A DNA stretch of 32,000 nucleotides from contig NZ_LT859958.1 of assembly GCF_900184705.1 (NCBI RefSeq), forward strand, positions 793,081 through 825,080, given 5' to 3'. Positions 9,451 through 18,612 of the stretch are shown piece after piece; the first letter of the stretch is position 1, and each line of letters begins with the position of its first letter. The translations under genes were made by a program, and so were the position numbers. Source of the stretch: Candidatus Brevifilum fermentans. GTDB taxonomy: Bacteria > Chloroflexota > Anaerolineae > Anaerolineales > Anaerolineaceae. The notes beneath the pieces are model-generated. The model did no database searches, was not told the DNA's origin, and saw only the letters and a list, made by a program, of their open reading frames with translations.

Positions 9451-9511
9451 GTTTCCCTGCGATCATTGGTCTGGCAGGAAAACAATCACTATCAAACTTG
9501 GAGGAAGAATC

Positions 9512-10879
9512 ATGAACAACGAGCACTATAAATACCTGTTAACCGAGAACGATCTGCCAAAGAGCTGGTACAACATCAACGCCGATATGCCTGTACCGCT
9601 GACGCCGGTGTTGAACCCGCAAACCAGGGAGCCGATCACAGCCGAATTTTTAAACGTGTTGTTTCCCATGTCTCTCATTGAACAGGAAATGAGCACCGAT
9701 CGGTACATCGACATCCCTGAAGAGGTGCGCGAGATTTATAAGCTGTGGCGACCGACCCCCCTGCTGCGCGCCCGCCGCCTGGAAAAAGCCCTGGGAACGC
9801 CCGCCCATATCTATTACAAAAATGAAGGCGCTTCGATCACGGGCAGTCACAAAACCAACACTGCTGTAGCCCAGGCTTTTTATAATAAGATTGATGGCAC
9901 GCGGTCACTAACGACCGAGACGGGCGCAGGTCAATGGGGAGCAGCCCTGGCAGTTGCCTGTAAGTTTTTTGATATGAACCTGGAAGTCTTTATGGTCAGG
10001 GGTTCATTTTATGATAAACCTTACCGCAGGATTATCATTGAAAGCTATGACGCTGAAATCTTCCCCAGCCCCTCGGACCGCACGGATTATGGACGCAAGT
10101 ACCTGCAGGAAAACCCTGAAGGTCCGGGTTCGCTGGGGATTGCGATCTCAGAGGCTGTTGAAACTGCTGTCAAATCCAATGGTGAAAAGAAGTACAGCCT
10201 GGGTTCGGTTCTGAACCATGTTTTGCTACACCAAACGGTGATTGGGCAGGAATGCCTGAAACAAATGGAAATGGCAGATGAGTACCCCGATGTGGTCATT
10301 GCTTGCTGCGGCGGCGGATCAAATTTTGGAGGAATTGCTTTTCCGTTTTTGCACAGGAATTTAACTGAAGGACTCCAAACACGAATTGTTGCGGTTGAAC
10401 CACAGGCAACCCCAACCCTGACAAAGGGATTGTATGCCTTTGACTATGGAGATACAGCAAAAATGGCGCCGATCTTGAAGATGTTCACCCTCGGTCACGA
10501 TTTTATCCCGGCACCAATTCACGCCGGCGGGTTGCGCTATCACGGAATGGCGCCCCAGATCTGTATGCTTTACGACGCCGGATACATTGAAGCGGTTGCC
10601 ATCCCCCAGTTGGAAACCTTTGAGGCGGGCGTGTTGTTTGCCCAAACCGAAGGGATTATCCCTGCGCCTGAATCATCCCATGCCATCCGGGCAGCGATCG
10701 ATGAGGCACTGGACGCGAAAGAAAAAGGAGAGGAGCGGGTGATCCTGTTTAACCTTTCGGGGCACGGGCTGCTGGATCTTTCCGCCTATGATGCCTATCA
10801 CCAGGGACAATTGGTGAATGACACTTTGGATGTTAACCCTGAAGAAATTCGAAAGATGCTGCCGAAGGTCGATTTTTAA
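9512..10879 (+). CDS. trpB: TrpB2-type tryptophan synthase beta chain (TrpB-like PLP-dependent enzyme)
   Basis: [35 protein letters not shown] (PLP lysine), [12 protein letters not shown] and [13 protein letters not shown] 9512 is preceded by GGAGGAAGAATC. The track's 9335 start lies inside the T-box leader and is not the real start. Confidence 0.93.
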   Translation: MNNEHYKYLLTENDLPKSWYNINADMPVPLTPVLNPQTREPITAEFLNVLFPMSLIEQEMSTDRYIDIPEEVREIYKLWRPTPLLRARRLEKALGTPAHIYYKNEGASITGSHKTNTAVAQAFYNKIDGTRSLTTETGAGQWGAALAVACKFFDMNLEVFMVRGSFYDKPYRRIIIESYDAEIFPSPSDRTDYGRKYLQENPEGPGSLGIAISEAVETAVKSNGEKKYSLGSVLNHVLLHQTVIGQECLKQMEMADEYPDVVIACCGGGSNFGGIAFPFLHRNLTEGLQTRIVAVEPQATPTLTKGLYAFDYGDTAKMAPILKMFTLGHDFIPAPIHAGGLRYHGMAPQICMLYDAGYIEAVAIPQLETFEAGVLFAQTEGIIPAPESSHAIRAAIDEALDAKEKGEERVILFNLSGHGLLDLSAYDAYHQGQLVNDTLDVNPEEIRKMLPKVDF

Positions 10880-11013
10880 TTCAATACCTGGTGATCTTAT
10901 CAAGAACTGAGAAAATATCCTTGTTGAAATCAAAGGGAATTGAACCAGAAATTGAAAAAACTGTTAATAAAGAGAATAAATATGATAAAATAACCAGGTT
11001 GCGCAAATTTTTT

Positions 11014-11043
11014 AAAGGTGGGGGCACACTGAACCCCACCTTT
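11014..11043. other. Stem-loop between trpB and the next gene (possible terminator or 5' UTR hairpin)
   Basis: AAAGGTGGGG (11014-11023) is perfectly complementary to CCCCACCTTT (11034-11043). Only a weak T-rich stretch follows. Confidence 0.6.
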
Positions 11044-11074
11044 GTTGGATGACTAATTATTTTTGGAGGAAATG

Positions 11075-11839
11075 GTGAGCGTTTATTTGTATCTATCCCT
11101 GATTCCAGAAGCTCTGATCGCGTCGATGCTCTCCCCGGAGGAGTTCGGTGTTTATTATGCCGTGGGAAGTAAAAAGAAGTCCAGCGGTCAGGCGATATTC
11201 TTTCAGGTGAACCCGGAATTTCGTAGTAAGTATTTTAGGATCCAGGAAGGCCTGGCGCGTTGTGTTCCCCATGAAGATGGCGCACCGAAGGCTTCAATCT
11301 ACATCAGCGTGTATCGTGTGCTGGAACATGTGCCCATAACAGAGCTGGGAAAGCTCTACGTTGTCACCCAGGATGGACGCACACTGGGATTGGAGCACAG
11401 CGAAGAGTTCCCAGTCAACGATGATGGCTTGCACCTGTATAAAGAAATTGCGCCGGTCACGCCGTTGATTGCCAGTCGTTTGAACGCGATAGACTTTTTT
11501 GACCTGATCGTCAGGAATCCAACCTCGCTGGTCACCCTGCCAGCGGTCGCCTTTACCGAGTTGCGCCTGGGTGAACTGGCGACCGATCCGGTTTTAGGGC
11601 AGGCAGGCGATTTGCCCTATTCCAACATGGATCATTTACGGGAGGTGCTGTTGGATTTGAAGACCAAATCTGTTGCCACCAAGATGGTAGATCGCATCAG
11701 TCCGGCCAGCTTTTCCTACCGAACGGTAAAGAACGGCTTTTATGTGGGCAATGAAAATGGACTGCGATATTACCCGATGCCTTCATCCGAAGTTTTGCTA
11801 GCCCAGCATTATCGCTGGTGGCGTTCGGCGAATATGTAA
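11075..11839 (+). CDS. Conserved-looking hypothetical protein of unrecognised family (~254 aa)
   Basis: Long ORF with no competing frame in the track. GGAGG just upstream gives better spacing for GTG 11075 than for ATG 11072. The track start is TTG 11063. I recognise no family motif. Confidence 0.75.
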   Translation: MSVYLYLSLIPEALIASMLSPEEFGVYYAVGSKKKSSGQAIFFQVNPEFRSKYFRIQEGLARCVPHEDGAPKASIYISVYRVLEHVPITELGKLYVVTQDGRTLGLEHSEEFPVNDDGLHLYKEIAPVTPLIASRLNAIDFFDLIVRNPTSLVTLPAVAFTELRLGELATDPVLGQAGDLPYSNMDHLREVLLDLKTKSVATKMVDRISPASFSYRTVKNGFYVGNENGLRYYPMPSSEVLLAQHYRWWRSANM

Positions 11840-11876
11840 ACTGCATGATCATCATTAGCGTTTTTTGGAGAAAATC

Positions 11877-13943
11877 ATGGATAAATTTTGGCTTTATCTA
11901 AGCATTGGGGCAAGTATCCTCTCGATTGGGGTTGCCCTGTATTTATTTTTCTGGGTTAAAAAACAACCGGAAGGATCACCGAAGGCAAAAGAGGTGGCTT
12001 CCTGGATTCGAGATGGGTCTCGAACGTATTTGAAACGGCTTTACCGGACATTAATACTGGTTGTGGTGATTTTAGGGTTCCTGATTGCGATCGTGTTCAG
12101 TTTTGATTTATCAAAGATATCGACCAGCCAGGTTGCTGTTGTGCCGATTAATGGTCTGGTGATGTCGGTTTCCTTTATCTTGGGTGCGCTGTGCTCAGCG
12201 ATTGCCGGGTATTTAGGCATGAGTGTTGCCGTTGAAGCCAATGTCCGCACAGCCACGGCAGCCAATGAATCGATCAATAAAGCTTTTCGCCTCTCCTTTT
12301 ACGCAGGTTCTGTTATGGGCCTGGCGATGGTCGGATTGGCAGTATTTGGAATGAGCATGATCTTTTTGATCACCAAAGACGCTGAATCGATTTTAGGATT
12401 CAGTTTTGGTGCGTCGACCCTGGCATTGCTAGCCAAGGCTGGCGGCGGAATTTACACAAAAACTGCCGATATTGCTGCAGACCTGGTAGGCAAAGTTGAG
12501 GTCGGGATCCCGGAAGATGACCCCCGCAATCCGGCTGTGGTAGCAGACAATGTGGGCGACAATGTCGGCGATGTTGCCGGCATGGGGGCGGATATTTTTG
12601 ACAGTTATGTTGCGGCAGTGGTGGCGGTGATGATCCTGGGGGCTTCTTCTGCCCGGCTCGGACTGAATTACGTGGTATTGCCGTTGATCATCTGTTCGTT
12701 GGGGATCCTGGCTTCGCTGATTGGCATCCAATTTGTACGGGTGGGCAAAAATGGGAAACCGGGTCCGGCATTGAACCGTGGCACTGTGATTACCACGATT
12801 AGCTTTGCCGTTATGGTGAGCGCTTTTGTGCTGGCCACCTCTGTCAACCTCGGTGTGATTTGGGCAACCATCACTGGTCTGGGCGCCGGTGTAATAATCG
12901 GCATTACCTCGGATTATTTCACCTCTGATGACCGAAAACCGGTTTTCAGAACAGCCGAGGTCTCCCAGTCAGGCGCTGCGATCAACATCATCACGGGTTT
13001 CAGTTATGGTTTGGCAAGCATTGTCCCCTCGGTCATCGGGATTGCCGTGGCGACGCTTCTGGCTTACTACCTGGCGGAGGTCAACGGGCTTGCGGGGATC
13101 TATGGGATTGGGATCAGTGCTGTGGGGATGCTTTCTATCAGCGGGATGATTGTCTCGGCGGATGCCTATGGACCGATTGTGGATAATGCTCGTGGGATTG
13201 CCGAGATGTCTGGAATGGACCATCACGTGATTGAGACAACGGACGTGCTGGATGCCGCAGGCAATACCGCCAAAGCAATCACCAAGGGTTTCAGCATCAG
13301 TGCTGCAGCCTTGACGGTGTTGGCGCTATTTGCAGCCTATGCAGAGGTGGTCACCGCCAGCGGTCTTCAGGTCAATATGAGCTTGCGCGAACCAATTGTG
13401 GTGGTTGGCATATTGTTAGGTTTGATGACGCCACCGTTGTTTAGCGCACTGACCATGCTTTCGGTAACAGAAAACGCATTTGCAATGATCGAGGAAATCC
13501 GTCGCCAATTTCGGGAGCGACCGGGCATTCTGGCAGGGACCGAAACACCGGATTATGATGCCTGTGTGGACATGGCAGCCAAAGGCTCGCTCTCTTCGCT
13601 GCTGTGGCCAGCATTAATCGCTGTTGGCTTGCCATTGTTAATCGGGTTTGTGTTGGGTCCTAATGCCCTGGGTGGATTCCTGGGCGGCAGCATCTTCACC
13701 GGAGTGATCTTTGCGCTATTTATGGCGAATGGAGGTGGCTTGTGGGACAACGCAAAAAAATATATTGAAGCGGGCAACTTTGGCGGCCCCGGCTCTGACG
13801 CCCACAAAGCCAGCGTAGTTGGTGACACGGTCGGCGATCCTTTTAAAGACACAGCCGGACCTTCGCTCAACACGCTGATTACGGTCATGTCGCTGGTGGC
13901 GTCCTTGTTTGCGCCACTGATTGCCGCGTTTCATTTGTTTTGA
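11877..13943 (+). CDS. hppA: Membrane-bound proton-translocating pyrophosphatase
   Basis: [47 protein letters not shown]-type substrate site (here [11 protein letters not shown]...), [14 protein letters not shown]-type region ([16 protein letters not shown]), and NYI-like C-terminal [12 protein letters not shown]...[27 protein letters not shown]. The start is ATG 11877 after GGAG. The track start is TTG 11865. Confidence 0.95.
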   Translation: [688 protein letters not shown]

Positions 13944-14065
13944 AGGTTGTGAATAGCGAATTGTGAATCGGAATTTGAAATTTGGATCGGTTTTCAGGCA
14001 AAAGGCGCCAGCGACATGCGATCAACGATGAGATACCAATCACTGTTTGCCACTCAATGGTCTCG

Positions 14066-14353
14066 ATGACTTTTGATATGAATTTCTCAAAGGCAACCCC
14101 TGATTATGGGGGCGGTTTGTCCCTGGACGAGCTGGTTGGCATGCCTGCGGGTTCGATTTACGGCGCCAAACTCCCAAATGGTGAGGCCTTTCAGACAGTT
14201 CTGCGGGCATCAGGGTATATGCTGCAGGCTGAGCTGGCGTTGTATCGGTTGATAGAAATTTGGGCAGACGGGCACACCGCCTGGCATGGAGATAAGCGAG
14301 ACGACCCGGTGGTGGTGACGCCATCGGGTCAGTTGATCCGTACCCGGGGATGA
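14066..14353 (+). CDS. Possible small hypothetical protein (~95 aa)
   Basis: ORF MTFDMNFSKATPDYGGGLSLDELVGMPAGSIYGAKLPNGEAF...; the track opens earlier at TTG 13982. No clear RBS and no recognised family; it ends 12 nt from the convergent neighbour. Confidence 0.35.
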   Translation: MTFDMNFSKATPDYGGGLSLDELVGMPAGSIYGAKLPNGEAFQTVLRASGYMLQAELALYRLIEIWADGHTAWHGDKRDDPVVVTPSGQLIRTRG

Positions 14354-14364
14354 GTGCGAACGAA

Positions 14365-15165
14365 TTATTCCTTTCGCAGGGCTGAGGTCAAATTTGCCTG
14401 GATATCTTTGGGAAAGGATGCCAGGCAGTTCTTAATTAACCACGACGTTTCAGGTGAAATGCTGGTCGCAAGAATCTGCCTGAGGAAGTAACCGGTCTCC
14501 TGGGGAGAGATTTTCGCCAGGGTGATCATCAGGTTTTCTAAATCCTGGATGAAGGCGTGATGGGGGTCCCTGATGAAGGGGCTTGCTAAGCGAAAAATGG
14601 CCGGCAGGTTGTGAAAACCAGGCGATTTTGCACCTGCTGCCAGGGCTTGGATCCCCAGGGAGTTGATTGCCGGATCGGTATCAGAGAGCAAGGAAAACAC
14701 CCAGGACTCCCAGGCCTGGGGGAAGCGATCTTGCAGGTTGCGGGTGCCCACCATGAACAAATCTGATTTAAGCACCTGATCTAAACCCGGTGAAAGCCAG
14801 CTCGTGATTCGATCAAGGATCAATTGTGGGTCTTCAACGGGCATCTCTCCGATGATGAACAACGCTGTGTGTTTGACCTCGTAGTAGCTGTCCTCCCATA
14901 GCTCATCTGCCAGTGCCAGGGCAGCATGCGGGTTTTCTGAAATGTAAGGTCCCAGGTCAAATTTAATCTGACGCATCACCGGGTGAGGTAGATGGTACAT
15001 GGGAATAAGGGGACGCATGGGGGCGGTTTCTCCAAAACGCAGGCTGTAGTTCGCATAGAGACTGAATAAATTGCGCAAAGCCTGGCGAAATTCAACCGGC
15101 GACCCGAACTGACCCATTAACGACTCGGTTTGGTGCCGCAAGCGCGTGGGATCAACTGCGGTCAT
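14365..15165 (-). CDS. HEAT-repeat / AlkD-like (DNA alkylation repair-like) protein
   Basis: Mostly helical repeat-like sequence with 'WEDSYYEVKHTALFIIGEMP' and 'DPAINSLGIQALAAGAKSPGFHNLPAIFRLASPFIRD', resembling AlkD-like HEAT proteins. The family call is tentative. Confidence 0.6.
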   Translation of the reverse strand: MTAVDPTRLRHQTESLMGQFGSPVEFRQALRNLFSLYANYSLRFGETAPMRPLIPMYHLPHPVMRQIKFDLGPYISENPHAALALADELWEDSYYEVKHTALFIIGEMPVEDPQLILDRITSWLSPGLDQVLKSDLFMVGTRNLQDRFPQAWESWVFSLLSDTDPAINSLGIQALAAGAKSPGFHNLPAIFRLASPFIRDPHHAFIQDLENLMITLAKISPQETGYFLRQILATSISPETSWLIKNCLASFPKDIQANLTSALRKE

Positions 15166-15239
15166 AAATCCTCAGCTCCCGGGCTGGTGGTGAAGTTTCT
15201 ATTGTGTGGTTCATCGCGGATCCCCCAACAAAGATGGGT

Positions 15240-16691
15240 TTAATACGCCCTGGCGAAATAGGCTTTCTCAGTCGTCTCCTCACCGCTGAAGATACACCTG
15301 CCTTTTCCACCAGGTTGCTCCAGGGGGAGGCAGCGCAGGGTTGCCCTGGTGTCCTCTTTAACACGGGCTTCGTTTTCCACGCTTTGCTTCCACCACACAT
15401 AACACCAACCATCGGCCGCGATAATTTCTTTGAATTCTTCGTAGTTCTGTGGTTGATGAATGTTTTCATCCCTGAATTGGGTGGCTTTGACCAGCATATT
15501 GATCTGGATGGCTTCCAGAATGGAGCTGACCGTGTCGGCGATGCCTTCCTGTGAGACAAAGGATTTTCCTTCCCGCCCGGGGATATCGCGGCGGGCCAAG
15601 GCAACCGTGTGGTTGGCTACATCTTTCGGTCCGATCTCCAGGCGTAAGGGCACCCCGCGCAGTTCCCACTCGTTGAACTTGAAGCCCGGGGTGACTTCAG
15701 TGCGATCGTCCACTTTGACCCTAAAGGCAGAAAGTTCATGTTTGACGCGCTCCACTGCAGCCATCACCAGAGTTTGTTCTTCATCCTTGCGGAAGATAGG
15801 CACGATCACCACCTGGATGGGCGCCAGTCGCGGGGGCAGGACCAGGCCCTGATCATCGCCGTGAGTCATGATAATGGCACCGATAAAGCGTGTGGAAAGG
15901 CCCCATGAGGTGGTCCAACAGTATTGAAGGGTATTGTTTTCGTCCAGGTACTGGATATCGAAGGCTTTGGCGAAGTTCTGCCCCAGGTTGTGGCTGGTGC
16001 CGGCCTGGAGGGCTTTTTTATCGCCCATCATGGCTTCGATGGTATACGAGCGCACCGCGCCGGCGAATTTTTCACTTTCGCTTTTGCACCCCGGGATCAC
16101 AGGCACGGCGGCTTCGTTGATGGCGAAATCGGTATAGACATCCAGCATCTGCAGGGTTTCAGCTTCAGCCTCTTCAGCCGTGGCGTGGGCAGTGTGGCCT
16201 TCCTGCCAGTAGAACTCCAGGGTGCGCAGGAACAGGCGGGTGCGCATCTCCCAACGGACGACGTTGGCCCACTGGTTGATCAGCACGGGCAGGTCACGGT
16301 AGGACTGGATCCATTTGGCGTACATGTGCCCGATGATCGTCTCGGAGGTAGGCCGAACGATGAGGGGCTCTTCCAGCTCACTGCCACCGCCAATGGTGAC
16401 CACCGCCAGCTCGGGGGAGAATCCCTCCACGTGCTCTTTTTCCTTCTCCATGAAGGACATGGGGATAAACAGGGGAAAAGCAGCGTTGACATGACCGGTG
16501 GCTTTGAAGCGCTGATCCAGGGTGGCCTGGATGTTCTCCCACAACGACCAACCGTAGGGGCGCACGACCATACAGCCGCGAACAGGGGCATAATCAGCCA
16601 GTTCTGCGCGCTGCACGAGCTGGTTGTACCATTCTGAATAATTTTCTGCTTTGGGGGTTAATTTCTTCTCATCCATAATGACTTTCTGCAA
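15240..16691 (-). CDS. proS: Prolyl-tRNA synthetase, short archaeal/eukaryotic-like form
   Basis: VRPYGWSLWENIQ, PLFIPMSFMEKEKEHVEGFSPE, LIVRPTSETIIGHMYAKWI, LRTLEFYWQEGHTAHAT and a C-terminus ending ...AYFARAY. An internal ATG at 16676 is an alternative start. Confidence 0.95.
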   Translation of the reverse strand: MQKVIMDEKKLTPKAENYSEWYNQLVQRAELADYAPVRGCMVVRPYGWSLWENIQATLDQRFKATGHVNAAFPLFIPMSFMEKEKEHVEGFSPELAVVTIGGGSELEEPLIVRPTSETIIGHMYAKWIQSYRDLPVLINQWANVVRWEMRTRLFLRTLEFYWQEGHTAHATAEEAEAETLQMLDVYTDFAINEAAVPVIPGCKSESEKFAGAVRSYTIEAMMGDKKALQAGTSHNLGQNFAKAFDIQYLDENNTLQYCWTTSWGLSTRFIGAIIMTHGDDQGLVLPPRLAPIQVVIVPIFRKDEEQTLVMAAVERVKHELSAFRVKVDDRTEVTPGFKFNEWELRGVPLRLEIGPKDVANHTVALARRDIPGREGKSFVSQEGIADTVSSILEAIQINMLVKATQFRDENIHQPQNYEEFKEIIAADGWCYVWWKQSVENEARVKEDTRATLRCLPLEQPGGKGRCIFSGEETTEKAYFARAY

Positions 16692-16707
16692 TAAACGATC
16701 ATTGGGT

Positions 16708-17274
16708 TTAAACCAAACCTAAAAAATGTCTCAACAGCTCTAAGGCTGTGCTGGGGTCAGGTGCATAAGCCAGGTACTGGCGGTCGTCCACGGGGATATA
16801 ATCGCCCAATTCAGAAAAAAAGGTTTCCAACACCTTTTGCCAGGCGCTCCCCAGGAGGATCACGGGTTTGGGTTCGATGATGCCAATTACGAGCTGGTTC
16901 CAGGTGAGGGCGATTTCGAGTAGGGTTCCAATCCCGCCAGGCAGGGCAATGGCAGCATCACAATGGGTGACCAATGTGTTCAAACGGTCATTGAAGGAGT
17001 GGCAGCGCCATTCCTCGGCAACCCAGGCATTGGGATCGGTCGGTCGCCAGACTTCAATTTCGTCGCAGGTGACGCCGATGACGTGCCCTCCAGCTTCACT
17101 GGCGCCACGCGATACGGCTTCCATGGTACCCGAATAACCGCCAGTGAGCACGGTCATCCCGGCAGTGGCCAGCAATTGACCTAATTTTAAGGCCTCGAGA
17201 TAAGGCGGAGTGCCCGGTTTAGGGGCAGATCCGCCAAAAACGCTAATCTTTTTTTCCATTTTGCTCGCTTTCAT
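16708..17274 (-). CDS. LOG-family / TIGR00725-like nucleotide-binding protein
   Basis: VFGGSAPKPGTPPYLEALKLGQLLA, TGGYSGTMEAVSRGASEAGG and the ALPGGIGTLLEIALTW motif. Confidence 0.85.
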   Translation of the reverse strand: MKASKMEKKISVFGGSAPKPGTPPYLEALKLGQLLATAGMTVLTGGYSGTMEAVSRGASEAGGHVIGVTCDEIEVWRPTDPNAWVAEEWRCHSFNDRLNTLVTHCDAAIALPGGIGTLLEIALTWNQLVIGIIEPKPVILLGSAWQKVLETFFSELGDYIPVDDRQYLAYAPDPSTALELLRHFLGLV

Positions 17275-17584
17275 CTATCAGGTGTTGATCCCATTCGCGT
17301 CGGTAATTGATCTTGAGTTTGTCGATCACCGCGGTTTCAAGGTCGATGCCGGTTAACCGTGCCAGTTGCAGCAAATACAGCATCACATCCGCCAGTTCAC
17401 TTGCCAATTCATCCGGGTGCCTTTGTTTTTCGGACCATTGGAACAGCTCCAATACTTCAGCAGCCTCGATGGACAGGGAAATCGCCAGGTTCTTGGGGGT
17501 CTGCGGGCGCGGGGAGTCGGGCAGGTACCAACCCTTGGCGGTGACGAAGCGGTCCATGGCGCGGGTGAGGTCTTCGATATCCAT
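17243..17584 (-). CDS. MazG-like nucleotide pyrophosphohydrolase
   Basis: NLAISLSIEAAEVLELFQWSE...ELADVMLYLLQLARLTGIDL, the MazG/dCTPase EExxE...ExxD pattern. The track opens at 17734 but the homologous part begins near MDIEDLTRAMDRF (17584). Confidence 0.85.
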   Translation of the reverse strand: MDIEDLTRAMDRFVTAKGWYLPDSPRPQTPKNLAISLSIEAAEVLELFQWSEKQRHPDELASELADVMLYLLQLARLTGIDLETAVIDKLKINYRREWDQHLIDESEQNGKKD

Positions 17585-17750
17585 TAGAAGGGAATTATAC
17601 ATGATATCGGGGGTTAATGGGGTTGCTGACAGGCAATCTTCGCATGTAGCATGCAAAAAGTAACGCAGTGTTGTACCTGTTCCCCAATTTATTCTTTCAA
17701 CACTATTGCGGACCGGTCTCCACTCATCATTCATGTATGGAGACCTTCAG

Positions 17751-18605
17751 TCAAAGACCCTTGTTTTCCTTGACTGCCAGCACGCCAAAGGCGCGCGGCT
17801 TTGCAGACACCCTGAAGCCAACCTGGCCCAGGCGTGCGATCACGCCGCGGCCGGTATTGGCCCCGTAGCGGCTATTGGGGTTGCCGATGTAATGAAACAG
17901 GCGTCCGCCGGGTTTGAGGATGCGGTACAGGTGCTGGTAGGTTTCTAATGCATACATCTCTCCAGCCAGGGAAAAGGTGGGCGGATCGTGGATGATTGCG
18001 TTGAAAGTCGCGTCGGGAAAGGCTGCAACCAGATCTACGCTGTCCCCAATCAGCGGTTGGATATTGGATAGGGTAAACAACTCGGCTGACCAGGGGTTTT
18101 GCCGGCAGATCTCGTGGACGGCGGGATCAAACTCAATGGTGACCACCTGTTCAGCGGTCTGCGCAGCCATGATGGCGGTGTAACCCAGCCCGGAAGCTGT
18201 ATCCAGGATGCGACCGTAGGGTTTCCCCAAAGCTTTCAGTTTTTGACGTGTATCCATATCAGGCGTGATGTCTTTAACCCGATGCATGGGAATTCCGGAG
18301 ATGAGCATCGTGGGCGCGCCAGCGGTCGGCATCAGGCTGTAATAACGGTTGGTGCGGGAAGAGAAAGTCTGGACTTTTTTCAACTGGCTGCCCACCAGGC
18401 GAAAACACCCATTCAAGTCGCTGGAAATGGTGTTGAGATTTGCATCTGTCAGGAGCTCTCCATCCGGCAATGCCCAGCCGGATTCAACGCGGCGCACATG
18501 GACCTTTGTCCGCCCCAGGTTGGGAGAGATGCTAATAACAGAGGCTGGGTTCTTCGCCAGCAAAGGGCTGATTTGATGGTGAGAAAATATCAGATCGTGA
18601 GGCAC
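17751..18605 (-). CDS. SAM-dependent methyltransferase (spermidine-synthase-like/COG2521-like)
   Basis: GRILDTASGLGYTAIMAAQTAEQVVTIEFDPAVHEICRQNPWS...IIHDPPTFSLAGEMY...LKPGGRLFHYIGNP. The track start at 18686 would overlap the upstream ftsB-like gene by 74 nt; GTG 18605 is the more likely start. Confidence 0.8.
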   Translation of the reverse strand: MPHDLIFSHHQISPLLAKNPASVISISPNLGRTKVHVRRVESGWALPDGELLTDANLNTISSDLNGCFRLVGSQLKKVQTFSSRTNRYYSLMPTAGAPTMLISGIPMHRVKDITPDMDTRQKLKALGKPYGRILDTASGLGYTAIMAAQTAEQVVTIEFDPAVHEICRQNPWSAELFTLSNIQPLIGDSVDLVAAFPDATFNAIIHDPPTFSLAGEMYALETYQHLYRILKPGGRLFHYIGNPNSRYGANTGRGVIARLGQVGFRVSAKPRAFGVLAVKENKGL

Positions 18606-18612
18606 AGGCGGT

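Noticed and set aside
9335-9511. 59-codon N-terminal extension of the trpB ORF in the track
   Set aside because: It lies inside the T-box leader, crosses the terminator, and a good RBS (GGAGGAAG) precedes ATG 9512.
15924-16637. 237 aa + strand ORF opposite proS
   Set aside because: It lies wholly antisense to an unmistakable prolyl-tRNA synthetase. Its sequence (FVQVLDIEGFGEVLPQVVAG...) resembles typical shadow translation of GC-rich coding DNA.
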